Below are positions 27,899-38,068 of a DNA stretch of 64,000 bases, piece after piece. Source of the stretch: Rhodothermales bacterium (GTDB taxonomy: Bacteria > Bacteroidota > Rhodothermia > Rhodothermales > Bin80); contig OZ241742.1 in the NCBI GenBank assembly GCA_965200955.1, positions 2,311,072-2,375,071 of the forward strand. Direction: 5' to 3'. Numbering within the stretch: position 1 is the stretch's first letter; the number at the start of each line of letters is the position of its first letter. Made by a program: the position numbers and the translations under genes. The notes under the pieces were generated by a model. That model saw only the letters and a list, made by a program, of their open reading frames with translations, ran no database searches and was not told the DNA's origin.

Positions 27899-28747
27899 TC
27901 AAGGCACCTCATCTGAGGTGCCTTTTTTGTTGTTAAGTTGTGCCATCTCTGAGCGAAACTCTTTGAATTCTTCGTAGAATATATCCACTTTTTTCTCTAA
28001 ATCATCGGAGTTATCTGCTACAAGGGTATCAACAAAGACGGCATTAGCAATGGACAATCCAAAAATTCCACAGATCAATACAGAGAAGGCTACATAGAGG
28101 CGTAACCCAAGAATATATCCATCGGATGCTCCACGCTCAGCAAGGATTTCGGGAATTTCATACCAGCCTTCCACGGTGAAGATTTTCAGCAGAGAATACA
28201 TGGAGTAGAAGGGATTTCCAAAAAACTCTTTTGCTCCCGGAAAATCTCCAAACAAAAGGGTTGCGGCAATAGAAAGAATCAGATTGAGAAAAATCAGAAT
28301 CAGCAAGATCCCCAATGAGGCATGCAGAGCACGAATGACTCCCTTGAGTATCTTCGCCCCATCAGGAACCAAACGCAATGGCCGAATCAAGCGGAGGATG
28401 CGTGCGAGTCTCAAAATGGTAATAATGATGGCGTTTTCTGCACCAAAGGGGAAAAAGAGACTAAACAATGCGGGGGTACTCAATGCTACAATAACAAAAT
28501 CAAAGGTATTCCAAGGATCATTGAGGTAGTTTTTGAAGGATCCCCAATGGCGGACTTTGATGAAAATTTCTACAAAAAAATAGAATAAAAATACAGTGTC
28601 CAACCACTGAATGTATTGTCCAGCAGCGGTATGGATCTCTGGAAAAGCATCCAGAAACAGAGCAATTCCATTGAGGGAAATTATCCACAGCACAACGGGC
28701 TCCTGAACGATAAAAGGTAGAGGTTTGGTTGGATTCATCAAGTGCAT
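27899..28747 (-). CDS. Single-domain voltage-gated cation channel (BacNav/NaChBac-like)
   Basis: 282 aa and six TM segments. S4 has Arg at every third position (ILRLARILRLIRPLRLV). The pore loop is LLKIFTVEGWYEI (TxExW-type filter), and there is a C-terminal coiled-coil tail. Confidence 0.8.
   Translation of the reverse strand: MHLMNPTKPLPFIVQEPVVLWIISLNGIALFLDAFPEIHTAAGQYIQWLDTVFLFYFFVEIFIKVRHWGSFKNYLNDPWNTFDFVIVALSTPALFSLFFPFGAENAIIITILRLARILRLIRPLRLVPDGAKILKGVIRALHASLGILLILIFLNLILSIAATLLFGDFPGAKEFFGNPFYSMYSLLKIFTVEGWYEIPEILAERGASDGYILGLRLYVAFSVLICGIFGLSIANAVFVDTLVADNSDDLEKKVDIFYEEFKEFRSEMAQLNNKKGTSDEVP
27901..27929 (+). terminator. Rho-independent terminator after the tRNA pair
   Basis: Stem GGCACCTC / GAGGTGCC with loop ATCT, followed by TTTTTT. 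The hairpin lies inside the last codons of the convergent channel gene. Confidence 0.8.
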
Positions 28748-29200
28748 CTACAAACCGAAAATATACGAATCAATCGCTGATCAGAGTGCATGTTCGCGAG
28801 CAGTTGAAGTGGAAAAAGGGAACAAATCTCCCCAGAACCACCCCCCGTATTCCAACGAACCCTAAAATGATAGACACTGAGCATGAAGGTTTTAGACCGC
28901 ACAGTAAATGATCTTCATAACCGTGATATAGGAGAGTACTCCTATTTCTACGAGCCCAATGATCACCAATCAATCTTCTCATCGTGAGGAGTCACGGCAA
29001 GGTTCAAAGGGCTTCTTTAACCATCTGATCGTGAAAGATAGAGACGAAGATGATATACATGATGGTCATTTGTTTTCAGGAACTTGACCTAAGGACTGGA
29101 TGAGATCATCAAAGGTTGGCTATTCTGAGAATCATCATTGATCACAAACTCTTTTCGATTTTGTTACAAAATAAAAATTTATGCGTATATTTGTTCATTG

Positions 29201-29430
29201 CGTCTTCGGTCCAGACATGGTGTCTGGATAATAGGGAATTCGGTGCTTCTTGTTGAAGAATAAGCCGGAACTGTACCCGCAACTGTAGGTCGTACGAAAG
29301 TAGTTTTACTTTCAGAGAAGAGGATCAGAGGAGTCAATAGTCACTGTCCTTGTTGATGGGAAGGCTATGACACCACTTCTTCCAGCATATTTCAATGTGC
29401 GTACGACGAGTCAGGAAACCTGCCGAAGGG
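29201..29430 (+). promoter_or_regulatory. Cobalamin (B12) riboswitch
   Basis: P1 pairs CTTCGG (29204-29209) with CCGAAG (29423-28). Other elements: hairpin CCAGACATGGTGTCTGG, conserved AATAGGGAATTCGGTG, GCCGGAACTGTACCCGCAACTGTA, AGTCACTG..GGGAAGGC, and the B12 box AGTCAGGAAACCTGCC (29409-29424). It lies ~100 nt upstream of the btuB-like ATG. Confidence 0.9.
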
Positions 29431-29533
29431 AAAACGCGCCACCAACCTCCGGGCGTTGAGGTCAGGGTCGGCATCAGCTACCATTTAGCTTGACGCAGCG
29501 GCCAAGATCTCATGTTGGGGTTTAGGCAACCAT

Positions 29534-31363
29534 ATGCTGCGTATCCTACTTCTCTTTTGTGCATTCCAGCCACTGACGGTCATTGCCGTTCAAGTGGCTG
29601 ATACGACGGTATCCCTCCCTCCGATTACGGTCACTGCCTCGCGGATCCCTATTTCCGTGGTGCAAGCCCCCATCCGAACGCAGGTGCTGGATCGAAATGA
29701 TATTTTAGAGGCTGGTACACTGACCGTGGCAGATCTGCTCCGACACCGTTCTGCGTTGTATGTACGCCATTATGTTGGAGGCTTATCAACACTTTCCCAG
29801 CGCGGCGGCACTGCCTCCCAAACGCTTGTTTTACTGGATGGAAACCGAATCGCAAATCCTCAGGCTGGACAATTAGACCTATCCCTATTACCAACGGTTT
29901 TATTGAATGCCGTTGAGGTTACATCGGGTGCAGGCGGGGTTCATTATGGTACAGATGCAATTGGTGGAGTGGTCAACCTTCAAACCACCTCTACTGAAAA
30001 TCGACTGACTCTCAATGCACAGTCTGGGGCGTGGGGAAAACGCACTGGTTCTGTGTACGGGAACTGGCATCGGGGTCGTTTCAGGGCCACCATAGCCGGT
30101 GAGATCGATCGTTATCAAGGAGATTATCCTTACTTGAATCGTGGCTTGTTTCCGCCAGAGGAGTCCCCTCGTATTGGTGGAGATCAACAAAAACATTCCA
30201 TCTTCGGATCGTTGGCTTGGAACCGCCCCAATGATGAATGGCGGGCAAGTTTATGGTACAATGATGCAGAGCGGGGGCTACCCAGTATTAATTCCTCACT
30301 GCCCTCAGGTGAGCGTCAGTGGGATGATCATCTACGCATTTGGACCCATTATCAGCGAAAATGGGCATGGGGTTCCATAAAGACGGGGGGGCTTACACAA
30401 GCGGGATCACTGCGTTACCTAAACCCCCGTTCTGGACTTGATAACACTGGCCAGACAACCTTGTCAACCATTCATGCGAATATTGAATTATCACCGATCC
30501 GTTCTTGGCAATTGAGTGGAGGGGTAGAAGCAGGATTTAGTCATGCAGATCATCCAAGCTTACAAGAGGATAATATGGAGCGTCGATATGCGGTCTATGC
30601 CCAAGCTGTCGGCCGTTGGGGACCAGTATCCGTTTATCCTGCTCTTCGCATTGATCATTATGTTCGCCCCAGTCGGATTACACCAGTCATTCCCAGTTTA
30701 GGAATCAATGTTCGTCTATGGGAGCAACTGCATGTTAAGGCTTCGGCTTCTTCCGCGTTTAGAGTGCCAACCTTCAATGACCGATTTTGGTTGCCTGGTG
30801 GTAATCCTGATCTTAGCCCTGAACAAGGTGAATCCTACGATACTGGACTGATTTGGCTCTATAAGGGATTGCAGATTGAAATGACCGCTTTCATGGTTCG
30901 GATGCGTGATCAAATTGTTTGGCAACCCACACCAGCTGGGTATTGGTCGCCTCAAAACGTCAGTAAGGTAACCAATTACGGCTTAGAAACATCCATTGAT
31001 TACGATCGGGATTTGACTCCTAACATGAATACAAAGGTTGGTATAGTGTGGACTCGAGTGGAACAGAAGACCGATTCGTTTTTACGGCTCATTCCACGTA
31101 ATGCCATCAAGGGCCATGCATATTTTCGCTGGAGATTTTTGGTAGCCAGTTTTCATGCAAGTTATACGGGTTCATTAGCCATCACCTCGGTCAGTGAATC
31201 AATGCCTTTTTTCTTATTAGATGGCCAAGTAAAAATATATAGAGGCCCTCTTTCTCTGGGTGTCTATGGTGAAAACCTTTTAGATACCCGCTATGAATAT
31301 CTACCAGCCAATCCTATGCCACCAAGGCAAATGCGGCTGACTTTAACTCTTCATTTTCACTAA
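29534..31363 (+). CDS. btuB: TonB-dependent receptor, BtuB-like (vitamin B12/corrinoid)
   Basis: 609 aa. The plug carries LVLLDGNRIANPQAGQLDLSLLP and YGTDAIGGVVNLQT, followed by a 22-strand-size barrel. It is directly preceded by the B12 riboswitch. Confidence 0.85.
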   Translation: MLRILLLFCAFQPLTVIAVQVADTTVSLPPITVTASRIPISVVQAPIRTQVLDRNDILEAGTLTVADLLRHRSALYVRHYVGGLSTLSQRGGTASQTLVLLDGNRIANPQAGQLDLSLLPTVLLNAVEVTSGAGGVHYGTDAIGGVVNLQTTSTENRLTLNAQSGAWGKRTGSVYGNWHRGRFRATIAGEIDRYQGDYPYLNRGLFPPEESPRIGGDQQKHSIFGSLAWNRPNDEWRASLWYNDAERGLPSINSSLPSGERQWDDHLRIWTHYQRKWAWGSIKTGGLTQAGSLRYLNPRSGLDNTGQTTLSTIHANIELSPIRSWQLSGGVEAGFSHADHPSLQEDNMERRYAVYAQAVGRWGPVSVYPALRIDHYVRPSRITPVIPSLGINVRLWEQLHVKASASSAFRVPTFNDRFWLPGGNPDLSPEQGESYDTGLIWLYKGLQIEMTAFMVRMRDQIVWQPTPAGYWSPQNVSKVTNYGLETSIDYDRDLTPNMNTKVGIVWTRVEQKTDSFLRLIPRNAIKGHAYFRWRFLVASFHASYTGSLAITSVSESMPFFLLDGQVKIYRGPLSLGVYGENLLDTRYEYLPANPMPPRQMRLTLTLHFH

Positions 31364-31371
31364 TTTTTCAA

Positions 31372-32739
31372 ATGCACAAATTTTTTCATTTTTTCATCTT
31401 GATCTTTCTGATCTCTGCACCTGTTTCTGCTCAGCAAATCCACGGCGTTTATATCGCGAACCAAGGGAATTTTAATGACCGTAACGGCTCAATTACATGG
31501 TATGACTTTTCTACCAAACAACCAGTAGAAGTAGTGTCCAACTTTGGAACGATTGTCCAAAGCATCACGCTTGATGGAAATTTTGGTTATATCGCATCCA
31601 ATTCATCTAATAATGTAGATATTCTTGACTTATCCACCAATATGCGTGTTGGTCAGATTAGAGAGATAGGTCAACCACGCTATATCAGCATAGTCAGTTC
31701 TAACAAAGCGTACGTAACTGAACATCTTGGATCAGGTAGATTGAGGGTATTGAATCTGCAAACGCGGACGGCATCTGCATCGGATACGATATCTACAGGA
31801 TTCAAGCCTGAGGATATTGCTGTCATCGGCAGTCGTGCATTCGTTGCTAATCATGGATACGGTCGAGAGTCTACCCTTACCGTGATTAACACTCAGACCG
31901 ATACGGTTATTGAGACCATTGATTTGGGGTGTGATGGACCACGCCATCTGGAGGTGGATCAACAAGGGGAAGTTTGGGCATTTTGCACGGGTAAAACAGT
32001 TCGCAATGCAGCAGACTTTACTCAAGTCGTTGAACGAACCAATGGTGCGGCCGTCGTCGTAAACCCACAAACCAGCGAGATCTTAACGACCATTGAATTA
32101 AGCCATCAGATTGGATCAAGTGGACCAGGACAAGATTCTTATTATAGTCCTGAGAGTGAAGAAGTATTTCTCATTCGTAGCGATACGTCTATGGTCTTAG
32201 TTTTTGATACAGCTACCAATACCTATAAAGAGTCGCTTCCTTTTACTGGAGACGAGCGGGTAGGGGGTTTGACGTACGATGCTACTTCACGCCACTTCTA
32301 TTTTGGCAGATTTGATCGTGATTTTAACATTGGTTTTACTCAACCTGGGTTTGTCCAGATAGCTAATCGGGATGATTTGTCAGAGGTTGACCGATTCACT
32401 GTGGGCATTGCACCCGCACATTTGGTATTGCATCAGTCTCCTCGTACTACGGCTGTGGAAGAGACGGGCATTCCTCAAGATGTCAGTCTATCGCCAGCCT
32501 ATCCGAACCCATTCATTGATTATACCATGCTCACATTTACGCTTGAACAGCCACAGCACGTAACTCTGGCCATCTTTGACGCTTTAGGACGCGAAGTTGC
32601 ACAGCCGGTTTCTGAATTTCGATCGGCCGGAGAGCATCGCGTTGAATGGGAACCTGGCCATTTGCCTGCAGGCACTTATTTCAGCCGGTTGATGATTGAT
32701 GGTTACATAACCACGGGAACCCTTGTACGGAAGCGTTAG
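31372..32739 (+). CDS. Secreted YncE/BtuG-like beta-propeller protein with T9SS C-terminal sorting domain
   Basis: SPI-type signal peptide with no lipobox Cys. The N-terminal motif GVYIANQGNFNDRNGSITWYD is typical of YncE/DUF5074-like propellers. The last ~80 aa (LSPAYPNPFIDYTMLTFTLEQPQHVTLAIFDALGREV..GTYFSRL) match the T9SS type A CTD pattern. It starts 8 nt after btuB. Confidence 0.7.
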   Translation: MHKFFHFFILIFLISAPVSAQQIHGVYIANQGNFNDRNGSITWYDFSTKQPVEVVSNFGTIVQSITLDGNFGYIASNSSNNVDILDLSTNMRVGQIREIGQPRYISIVSSNKAYVTEHLGSGRLRVLNLQTRTASASDTISTGFKPEDIAVIGSRAFVANHGYGRESTLTVINTQTDTVIETIDLGCDGPRHLEVDQQGEVWAFCTGKTVRNAADFTQVVERTNGAAVVVNPQTSEILTTIELSHQIGSSGPGQDSYYSPESEEVFLIRSDTSMVLVFDTATNTYKESLPFTGDERVGGLTYDATSRHFYFGRFDRDFNIGFTQPGFVQIANRDDLSEVDRFTVGIAPAHLVLHQSPRTTAVEETGIPQDVSLSPAYPNPFIDYTMLTFTLEQPQHVTLAIFDALGREVAQPVSEFRSAGEHRVEWEPGHLPAGTYFSRLMIDGYITTGTLVRKR

Positions 32740-33336
32740 GAATTACTCATCAACATTCACTTGAGTATCTTTCTCAGATGGAAATCTCTCTTCATTTATA
32801 TCCCCTCAATTGTAAGGACTGATTGTGGCCAAGTCAATTCATCTTGGAGTCGTTTGATTTTTACTCTCCCATACCTTAGGGGAGTGCAATTCCATATGAT
32901 GATGCTATGCTCTGAATACTCTTGACAATCGAAACATTCTATTTCATTGCTCTGAGGCATCTCCTTGACTTGATTGATCATCGGTATGACTTTCATTTCA
33001 CTGGCATTTACTCGCAAACGGTTTGTTGACATCCCCTCGGTAAGGTTCGTGAGTCCCTTCAAATTGGATACTTCCAATGAAATAGCTCCATCATTGGATT
33101 GACTAATTGGCAGGATTGTTTTCCTGTTATGGTGGAATACCTTGCATTCTATACCAGATTTAGTCCATTCACGATAGAACCGTTATATTAGAGATCTGCA
33201 CTCGTACTTGGTAGTTTTTGTTGATCTACTTCAAATTGATCTATAGATGAAATCGCTCAATATGTACCTTTGCATTTTCGTCATATTCACGGATTGAATG
33301 ATGAACTCTCGACATGATGATTGAGGATTTTGAAAA

Positions 33337-34545
33337 ATGAAGCACAAACATACCATTACGATGTTAGGGACTGGCCTCATCGGACTCTTCTACACGATGA
33401 CTCTCCATGGACAGAGAAGTCGAGATCATGTGACCTGTGTCTACTCCCGAGATTCAGAGCGTGCTAACGCTTTTGCCAAGAAATGGGACATTGATCATGC
33501 TGTAACCGATATGGCCGAGGCCATCAACCATCTATCCAGTAATGTGGTTGTGATTGGCCTGCCGAATCACTTGCATGAAAAAGCTATACGACTGTGTGCA
33601 GATGCCAATAAAGCGGTTCTTTGCACCAAGCCATTGGCACGAACTGCCGCTGAGGCTAAACGAATTCTTGATATCGTAGAATCCAGCGGGATCTTTGCAG
33701 GCTACCTTGAAGATCTTGTCTATACACCCAAAACGTTTCATGCCCTTCAATCGGTTCATCAGGGTTCACTTGGAGACATTTTATGGGTCCGATCGCGTGA
33801 AGCACATAGCGGACCTCACAGCAGCTGGTTCTGGAACAAGGATCTTGCTGGAGGGGGTGCCATCATAGATTTAGGATGCCATTGTATTGAAATCATTCGA
33901 AACTTTGTGGGGAAAGATATTCGTCCCGTAGAAGTGAGCTGCTGGGCGGATACTCTTGTCCATCCAATTGACGCGGAAGACAATAGCATTGCACTCATTC
34001 GATTTGAAAATGGTGCAGTCGGACAGTTTGAGGTGAGTTGGACCTTCAGAGGGGGGATGGATTTACGTGATGAAGTTGGGGGTACCGAAGGAACCATTTG
34101 GCTCAATCACTTTTTGCGGACTGGGTATGAGATGTTCACCAGCGGGGGTGGAGGGTATGTATCCGAGAAAGTAGAACAAGAATCTGGGTGGCTTTTTCCT
34201 GTAGGGGATGAAGTGCATGAGCTGGGCTATACAAACATGTTTACCGATATGTTTGATGCCATGGATGAAAACCGCCAGCCCAGAGAAACCATTTATGATG
34301 GATACGTGGTCAATGCCGTCATGGATGCCTGTTATCGCTCTGCCGCTTCCAAACAATGGGAACCCGTTGATCTGGATCTATGGCGGGGGCGAACGAATGT
34401 GAAAAAAATTCACGGAGGTCAGAAAATGGTTAACGACTTGGAGCTTGTCAAGCGTGAACGCCTACCTGATGGACAGGTCAAACTCATTTTGAAAAATCCC
34501 GTCACTGGGGAAGTCACTCAGCAATATGTCCAAGAAGCTGATTGA
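33337..34545 (+). CDS. Gfo/Idh/MocA family NAD(P)-dependent oxidoreductase
   Basis: Rossmann [13 protein letters not shown] and the consensus region [32 protein letters not shown] (EKP-type motif). Confidence 0.85.
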   Translation: MKHKHTITMLGTGLIGLFYTMTLHGQRSRDHVTCVYSRDSERANAFAKKWDIDHAVTDMAEAINHLSSNVVVIGLPNHLHEKAIRLCADANKAVLCTKPLARTAAEAKRILDIVESSGIFAGYLEDLVYTPKTFHALQSVHQGSLGDILWVRSREAHSGPHSSWFWNKDLAGGGAIIDLGCHCIEIIRNFVGKDIRPVEVSCWADTLVHPIDAEDNSIALIRFENGAVGQFEVSWTFRGGMDLRDEVGGTEGTIWLNHFLRTGYEMFTSGGGGYVSEKVEQESGWLFPVGDEVHELGYTNMFTDMFDAMDENRQPRETIYDGYVVNAVMDACYRSAASKQWEPVDLDLWRGRTNVKKIHGGQKMVNDLELVKRERLPDGQVKLILKNPVTGEVTQQYVQEAD

Positions 34546-35392
34546 GCCCCTTCAAAAAGATGATGCCTTTCTTCAAGATCTACGACGACTGCCACAGTCG
34601 GAGGATCAATGGCGTATGTGGTGGTTGGGCCAAAGTGGATTTTTGATCCAGTGGAATCAGCAGCATTGCCTATTGGATCCATATCTCTCAGACTCGTTGA
34701 CCAAGAAATATCACCATACCGACAAACCACATATACGAATAACCGAACGGGTGATCAATCCCGATCGACTGGATTGTATTCATGTTGCAACATCAAGCCA
34801 TCATCATAACGATCATTTAGATGCAGAGACGCTGATCCCAATCATGCAAGCCAACCCTGAAATGAAATTGATCATCCCAGAAGCAAATCGCTCATTTGTG
34901 ATGAATCGATTGCAGTGTGACTCGTCAAGACTGATTGGACTCACGGATGGGACAGAAGTAGAAGTTGAGGGGTTTCGGTTTTTTGGAGTACCCGCGGCTC
35001 ACGAGAAATTAGAGACCGATGAGCAGGGACAACATCGCTATATGGGTTATATCATTTCTTTTGGATCTTGGTGTTTTTACCATAGTGGTGACACGATTCT
35101 ATATGATGGAATGGTAGAACATCTACAACAATGGAGCATTGATGTAGCCTTACTGCCGATCAATGGCAGAATGGCAGAGCGTAGAGTTGCAGGGAATTTA
35201 AATGGCAAAGAAGCAGCACAATTAGCAGAGGAAATTGGTGCAAAGATCGTGATTCCATGTCATTACGACATGTTCACATTCAACACCGCATCTCCTGACG
35301 CTTTCGTTACCGAATGCCATCAACTCCATCAGAAATACTATGTGATGCAAAACGGGGAGGGCATCACCAGTGAAATCCTTCATTTGCAGTGA
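34526..35392 (+). CDS. MBL-fold metallo-hydrolase
   Basis: HxHxDH motif in [14 protein letters not shown] and a later conserved His/Asp (FYHSGDT). It overlaps the oxidoreductase gene by 20 nt, suggesting an operon. Confidence 0.8.
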   Translation: MSKKLIEPLQKDDAFLQDLRRLPQSEDQWRMWWLGQSGFLIQWNQQHCLLDPYLSDSLTKKYHHTDKPHIRITERVINPDRLDCIHVATSSHHHNDHLDAETLIPIMQANPEMKLIIPEANRSFVMNRLQCDSSRLIGLTDGTEVEVEGFRFFGVPAAHEKLETDEQGQHRYMGYIISFGSWCFYHSGDTILYDGMVEHLQQWSIDVALLPINGRMAERRVAGNLNGKEAAQLAEEIGAKIVIPCHYDMFTFNTASPDAFVTECHQLHQKYYVMQNGEGITSEILHLQ

Positions 35393-35446
35393 AAGTTGAC
35401 ACAAACTCTCCACATTGTACGAATAGATGACCAACCGAGATTTCTT

Positions 35447-36685
35447 CTACTCGGAGATCCGTAGTAGATCCATGACTTCTGCTAAATCACCATCGTTTTC
35501 AGCAGGTTCAAGGTTCAGTGCTGCACACAGGAGTTCATAGATGTGAATGAGCGAGAAGCCATCTACGTTAGATTTCTCAATGAATTGAGGTCCCCGTGCA
35601 ACGAACGCTGCATGCATAGACGGCAGGCTTGGATCATAGCCATGGGTGCCCCCAGAATAGTAGTTAGGGTTACGGTCATACAACTCTCTGGTTGACATGA
35701 GCCATCCCTCTTCGGCAAGCCCGATCACGTCAGCAATCCGATCATTTCCAGTATATTTCCATACAGCAGGAAGCTGATCAGGAGAATACCACTGAACATG
35801 GTTCATTTGGTTGAGACGCTCCAACATGGAATCCAACTGTGATTCATCTTTTAAATTGAAAAATCCCAGAGCATCCAGTCCACCAATCCGATAGACATCA
35901 TCCATATCAATATAATCATCCACGAATTCAACCCGATCCTTTGATGTGGCAGCCATACCGTGATCCCCGATAACGACAATATTGACTTGATCGTAGACAT
36001 CAATCTCCTGAAGTCGGCTTACCAGATCTCCAATATGTTGATCAACATCAACAAGGGCACTCCGCGTCTCTTCAGCGAGTGGGCCCGCACGATGCCCCTG
36101 AGTATCAACGGTGCTGAAGTAGGTGGTGATCAGTGCTGGGCGGGGAGTACGTGTGACTGCTGCCATTACCGAATCAATACGTATCTCATGGGGCAAATCG
36201 TGATCGTATTCCATGCGATAGGTGGGTTGCATTCCTTGAATAGAATCAGTATCAGATCCAGGCCAGAAATACGTAGCACTGGTACGACCCTGTTTTTGTA
36301 CCGTCACCCAAAGAGGCTCGCCGCCCCACCATTCCGACTTAGCAATGATTTCACGATCACTCAGACGGAAAAGCCCCAGATCAGGATCATAGATGGAATT
36401 GCTCACAATACCATGGTTGGCCGGATATAATCCAGTGATGATGCTGTAATGATTCGGGAAAGTTTTTGATGGAAAAACTGGCTCAAGATAGGCAGCATGG
36501 ACTCCTTCTCTGGCGAGTTTGAGAATATACGGGGAGTCTACTTCATTCAAATAATCAGCACGAAGTCCGTCAACGGAAATCAGAATAACGGTCGGTAATT
36601 CATGATGATGTTCAAGGTCTGTTTGTTGTGCTGATGATACAGGGACAGACAGAAGAATCAACCAGATAATAGTGAAGAATTTCAT
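35447..36685 (-). CDS. Ectonucleotide pyrophosphatase/phosphodiesterase (NPP, alkaline-phosphatase superfamily)
   Basis: Signal peptide from ATG 36685. Motifs: VILISVDGLRADYL, nucleophile region FPSKTFPNHYSIITGLYPANHGIV, and VVIGDHGM. Confidence 0.88.
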   Translation of the reverse strand: MKFFTIIWLILLSVPVSSAQQTDLEHHHELPTVILISVDGLRADYLNEVDSPYILKLAREGVHAAYLEPVFPSKTFPNHYSIITGLYPANHGIVSNSIYDPDLGLFRLSDREIIAKSEWWGGEPLWVTVQKQGRTSATYFWPGSDTDSIQGMQPTYRMEYDHDLPHEIRIDSVMAAVTRTPRPALITTYFSTVDTQGHRAGPLAEETRSALVDVDQHIGDLVSRLQEIDVYDQVNIVVIGDHGMAATSKDRVEFVDDYIDMDDVYRIGGLDALGFFNLKDESQLDSMLERLNQMNHVQWYSPDQLPAVWKYTGNDRIADVIGLAEEGWLMSTRELYDRNPNYYSGGTHGYDPSLPSMHAAFVARGPQFIEKSNVDGFSLIHIYELLCAALNLEPAENDGDLAEVMDLLRISE

Positions 36686-36948
36686 GAGCGATTCGCAAAA
36701 AGGTAGTAACAGATGAGACCTAACAGTGGAGCAAACAGGATAAACAAGATCCAAAGCAATTTGTCACTTGTAGCCCGAGAACTTCGGACGATTTCAACAA
36801 TCGCAACAATATCCAAGATCACGATAATCAAACCGCAGAATGATAGATTTTGGAGCGAACTGACCATCGAGAGAAGTTTCGGTTCACAGCCAGCAACTAT
36901 CATGGCAAGTGAGGCCAAAATAAAGGGAGGAAGAACTTTGTGGATCAT
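36682..36948 (-). CDS. PLDc_N-domain small membrane protein
   Basis: 88 aa. LDIVAIVEIVRSSRATSDKLLWILFILFAPLLGLICYYLF is the typical PLD-nuclease-N-terminal (PF13396-like) pattern. Its stop overlaps the NPP start as ATGA. Confidence 0.7.
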   Translation of the reverse strand: MIHKVLPPFILASLAMIVAGCEPKLLSMVSSLQNLSFCGLIIVILDIVAIVEIVRSSRATSDKLLWILFILFAPLLGLICYYLFANRS

Positions 36949-37051
36949 CTACTGAGAGTTTACTCCCATCTTAAAACGCACAGATTGAAAAATGGATGCA
37001 CGAATGATGGGTCTATGCGTTTGAATACACCATCTAAGATTTTTCAACTCA

Positions 37052-38068
37052 ATGCACATCGGCTCCATTGAACTTGGTCAACACCCTCTGCTATTAGCAC
37101 CAATGGAGGATGTTTCTGATCCGCCGTTTAGACAGCTATGTAAACGCTATGGTGCAGACATTGTCTATACAGAATTCATCTCCTCCGGTGGATTAGTACA
37201 TGAGGCGAAAGACTCTCTTATGAAGCTAGATATTCGCGAGGATGAACGTCCTGTTGGGATTCAAATCTTTGGTGGTGATCTTGATCAAGTCAGATCAGCC
37301 ACCAGTATTGTTGATCAAGCAGAACCCGATATCATTGATATCAATTTTGGATGCCCCGTACGCAAAGTGGTCTGTAAAGAAGCTGGTGCAGGGATCTTAC
37401 GTAATCTGCCGAAAATGGAAAAGATCACACGTATCGTCGTAGAGTCCACCGACCGTCCAGTGACGGTCAAGACGCGCCTTGGGTGGGATGATGGAAGCAT
37501 TGATATTGTCAATGTGTCAAAAATGCTGGAGCAATGTGGTATTCAAGCCTTGGCCGTACATGCCCGAACTCGAAAGCAAATGTACAGTGGAACCGCACGG
37601 TGGGAATTCCTGAAGGCGATTCGTCAGGATGGACTCCAGAACATTCCACTCATCGGTAATGGAGATGCCCTCAGCCCACAGTCTGTTCTTGAAATGTTTG
37701 AAGAAACCGGCGTTGATGCTGTGATGATCGGCAGAGGTGCGATCGGAAATCCATGGATTTTTCAGCGTACAAAAGCATGGATTCAAGCAGGAATGGAATT
37801 GCCTCCGCCGTCATGGGATGAACGGATTAGTGTTGTCGCTGAGCATCTCTCTCTCAAATGTGAATGGTTGGGCGAAGGCAAAGGTGTCAAGGAGATGCGT
37901 CGGATGTATGGAGGATATTTCAAGGGATTTCAGAATGCAAGCAAGTTGCGCACCCGTCTCATGAAAGCCATCACCATGGAGGAAGTGCTGTCGGTACTGC
38001 ATTCAACGGTTGAAGTGGCACCGAATGTTATTGAGATGCCATCTTCGCCCCTTGGCGGCGTTTCATGA
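37052..38068 (+). CDS. dusB: tRNA-dihydrouridine synthase B
   Basis: LLLAPMEDVSDPPFRQLCKRYGADIVYTEF, IDINFGCPVRKV and IGNGD motifs; 338 aa. Confidence 0.92.
   Translation: MHIGSIELGQHPLLLAPMEDVSDPPFRQLCKRYGADIVYTEFISSGGLVHEAKDSLMKLDIREDERPVGIQIFGGDLDQVRSATSIVDQAEPDIIDINFGCPVRKVVCKEAGAGILRNLPKMEKITRIVVESTDRPVTVKTRLGWDDGSIDIVNVSKMLEQCGIQALAVHARTRKQMYSGTARWEFLKAIRQDGLQNIPLIGNGDALSPQSVLEMFEETGVDAVMIGRGAIGNPWIFQRTKAWIQAGMELPPPSWDERISVVAEHLSLKCEWLGEGKGVKEMRRMYGGYFKGFQNASKLRTRLMKAITMEEVLSVLHSTVEVAPNVIEMPSSPLGGVS

Noticed and set aside
28729-28982. Two mutually antisense ORFs (60 and 70 aa) between the channel gene and the B12 riboswitch
   Set aside because: They overlap each other and have no motifs and odd composition. 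The region more likely holds the divergent promoters of the channel and btuB units.
36713-36955. Plus-strand 80-aa ORF antisense to the PLDc_N gene, and similar antisense ORFs inside dusB, DUF445, mlaD/E/F, radA and the TonB receptors
   Set aside because: All lie inside strongly supported genes on the opposite strand and lack motifs. They are shadow ORFs.
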